Origin: a virus
Lineage: Duplodnaviria; Caudoviricetes
Reading direction: 5' to 3' (one strand)
IMG/VR virus record: IMGVR_UViG_3300032328_001489
Span: 1-26,079 of that record
DNA: 26,079 nucleotides
This document shows, in pieces, positions 25,198 through 26,079 of this stretch. The first letter of the stretch is position 1. Every line of letters begins with the position of its first letter. The translations under genes were made by a program, and so were the position numbers. The notes beneath the pieces are model-generated. The model searched no databases, was not told the DNA's origin, and saw nothing but the letters and a program-made list of their open reading frames with translations.

Positions 25198-25281
25198 AAA
25201 AAAAAAACAAGTGATTTCAATTCGAGGCGATAAGTAAATTACCAAGATACTATCAAAAGGAAGGAGAGGGTCACTTGTTTC
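25198..25281 (-). ncRNA. candidate trans-acting antisense small RNA 1
   Basis: Promoter directly upstream; 10-bp terminal stem AAACAAGUGA/UCACUUGUUU; 10-U tract; loop complementary to three gene starts in the window. Confidence 0.7.
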
Positions 25282-25285
25282 TATA

Positions 25286-25317
25286 CAATGGTAGAATTAA
25301 TTCATAAAAATGTCAAA
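25286..25317 (-). promoter_or_regulatory. host-sigma-type promoter of sRNA 1
   Basis: Minus strand TTTGACA-N17-TACCATTG (TTTG-N20-TAnnATTG). Confidence 0.7.
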
Positions 25318-25360
25318 CATAAAAAATGAAAATTTTAAAGTATTTATAATAAAATAATTT

Positions 25361-26079
25361 ATGAAAGGATATTTTGGATTAGGTCAATTGTCACCGGCAG
25401 ATAAGTCTGACATCTTAGACCAACACAAACATGTATATGATGGTTACAAAACAATGTTACCACACGTTCCCAATACACAACCATTGTACGTACAGGATTT
25501 TGCTAACGACAAAAATGGTATCACAGTTAATAACAAGGGTGAAGTTAAACATTATACCAACGTAGGAATTAATGAAAGCATTGAGGAAGGTAAAATTTGT
25601 GAACAATGCGGAGGTCAAATGAGTGAAGGTATCTGTGAACAATGTGGTGGTGGTATGATGAACGAAGGTGGTGAGTGTTCAGAATGTGGTGGTATGATGT
25701 ATGAAGGAGAATGTTCTGAATGTGGATACAAAGGACAAATGGATGAAGAAACAGGACATTTGGATGACATCTATAATGTAAGAGATTTAAATCTAAAAAA
25801 TGGCGATTTTGATTATGTTGAAGGTGGTGGTAACGATTATGGTACATTTGAAAAAATGCATCATATGAAAGAACAAGCAGATGATTATGTTAATTATGAA
25901 GATAATTTAGATGAGCAAGGTGGAAATGCTGATGATATGGATGTGGATGATGTTGAACCAGCGTTCGATTTTGAATCGGAAGGACCAGGAATGGGTGATG
26001 CTTATCCTGTAAATGAGGAAGGTAATATGGATGAACCTGAAATTACTTACGACGCTATGGAGTCAGCATTCAACGATGA
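25361..26079 (+). CDS. acidic protein with four CxxCG motifs, 3'-truncated (not in ORF track)
   Basis: MKGYFGLGQLSPADKSDILDQH... open to the window end; CEQCG x2, CSECG x2; TATTTAT at 25341-25347. Confidence 0.85.
   Translation, partial: MKGYFGLGQLSPADKSDILDQHKHVYDGYKTMLPHVPNTQPLYVQDFANDKNGITVNNKGEVKHYTNVGINESIEEGKICEQCGGQMSEGICEQCGGGMMNEGGECSECGGMMYEGECSECGYKGQMDEETGHLDDIYNVRDLNLKNGDFDYVEGGGNDYGTFEKMHHMKEQADDYVNYEDNLDEQGGNADDMDVDDVEPAFDFESEGPGMGDAYPVNEEGNMDEPEITYDAMESAFND

Noticed and set aside
1-26079. Stop-codon reassignment as in some large phages
   Set aside because: Recognisable genes are intact in the standard code; TAG and TGA end genes with tight packing or ATGA coupling.

Overview
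AT-rich, densely coded segment of a large (jumbo-type) tailed phage genome read in the standard code. A Bacteroidota host is inferred from TTTG-N19/20-TAnnTTTG promoters, the lack of Shine-Dalgarno sites, signal peptides followed by Gln, and a T9SS-CTD-like protein. It contains a GH19 endolysin, a holin-like gene, a 9-gene envelope operon (two CsgG-like proteins, a cohesin/dockerin protein, a T9SS-CTD-like lipoprotein, a Ser-rich beta-barrel-like protein and several membrane proteins), RNA end-healing/sealing genes (Rnl1-type ligase, P-loop kinase, two metallophosphoesterases, a cyclic-phosphate receiver domain), tRNA-Ser(UGA), three endonuclease genes and many hypotheticals. Two promoter classes recur: host-type TAnnTTTG and a phage-type TATTTAT, mostly only 4-7 nt upstream of the ATG. 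The main observation is an unannotated ~84-nt stem-closed small RNA candidate (25198-25281, minus strand) with its own host-type promoter and U-tract. Its loop is antisense to the start regions of the holin-like gene (18/19 nt), the endolysin (16/19 nt) and the first gene of the CsgG operon (17/17 nt), suggesting an sRNA-timed lysis/envelope regulon. A second sRNA candidate lies at 5510-5587. All protein family calls come from motif recognition by eye, not from database searches.
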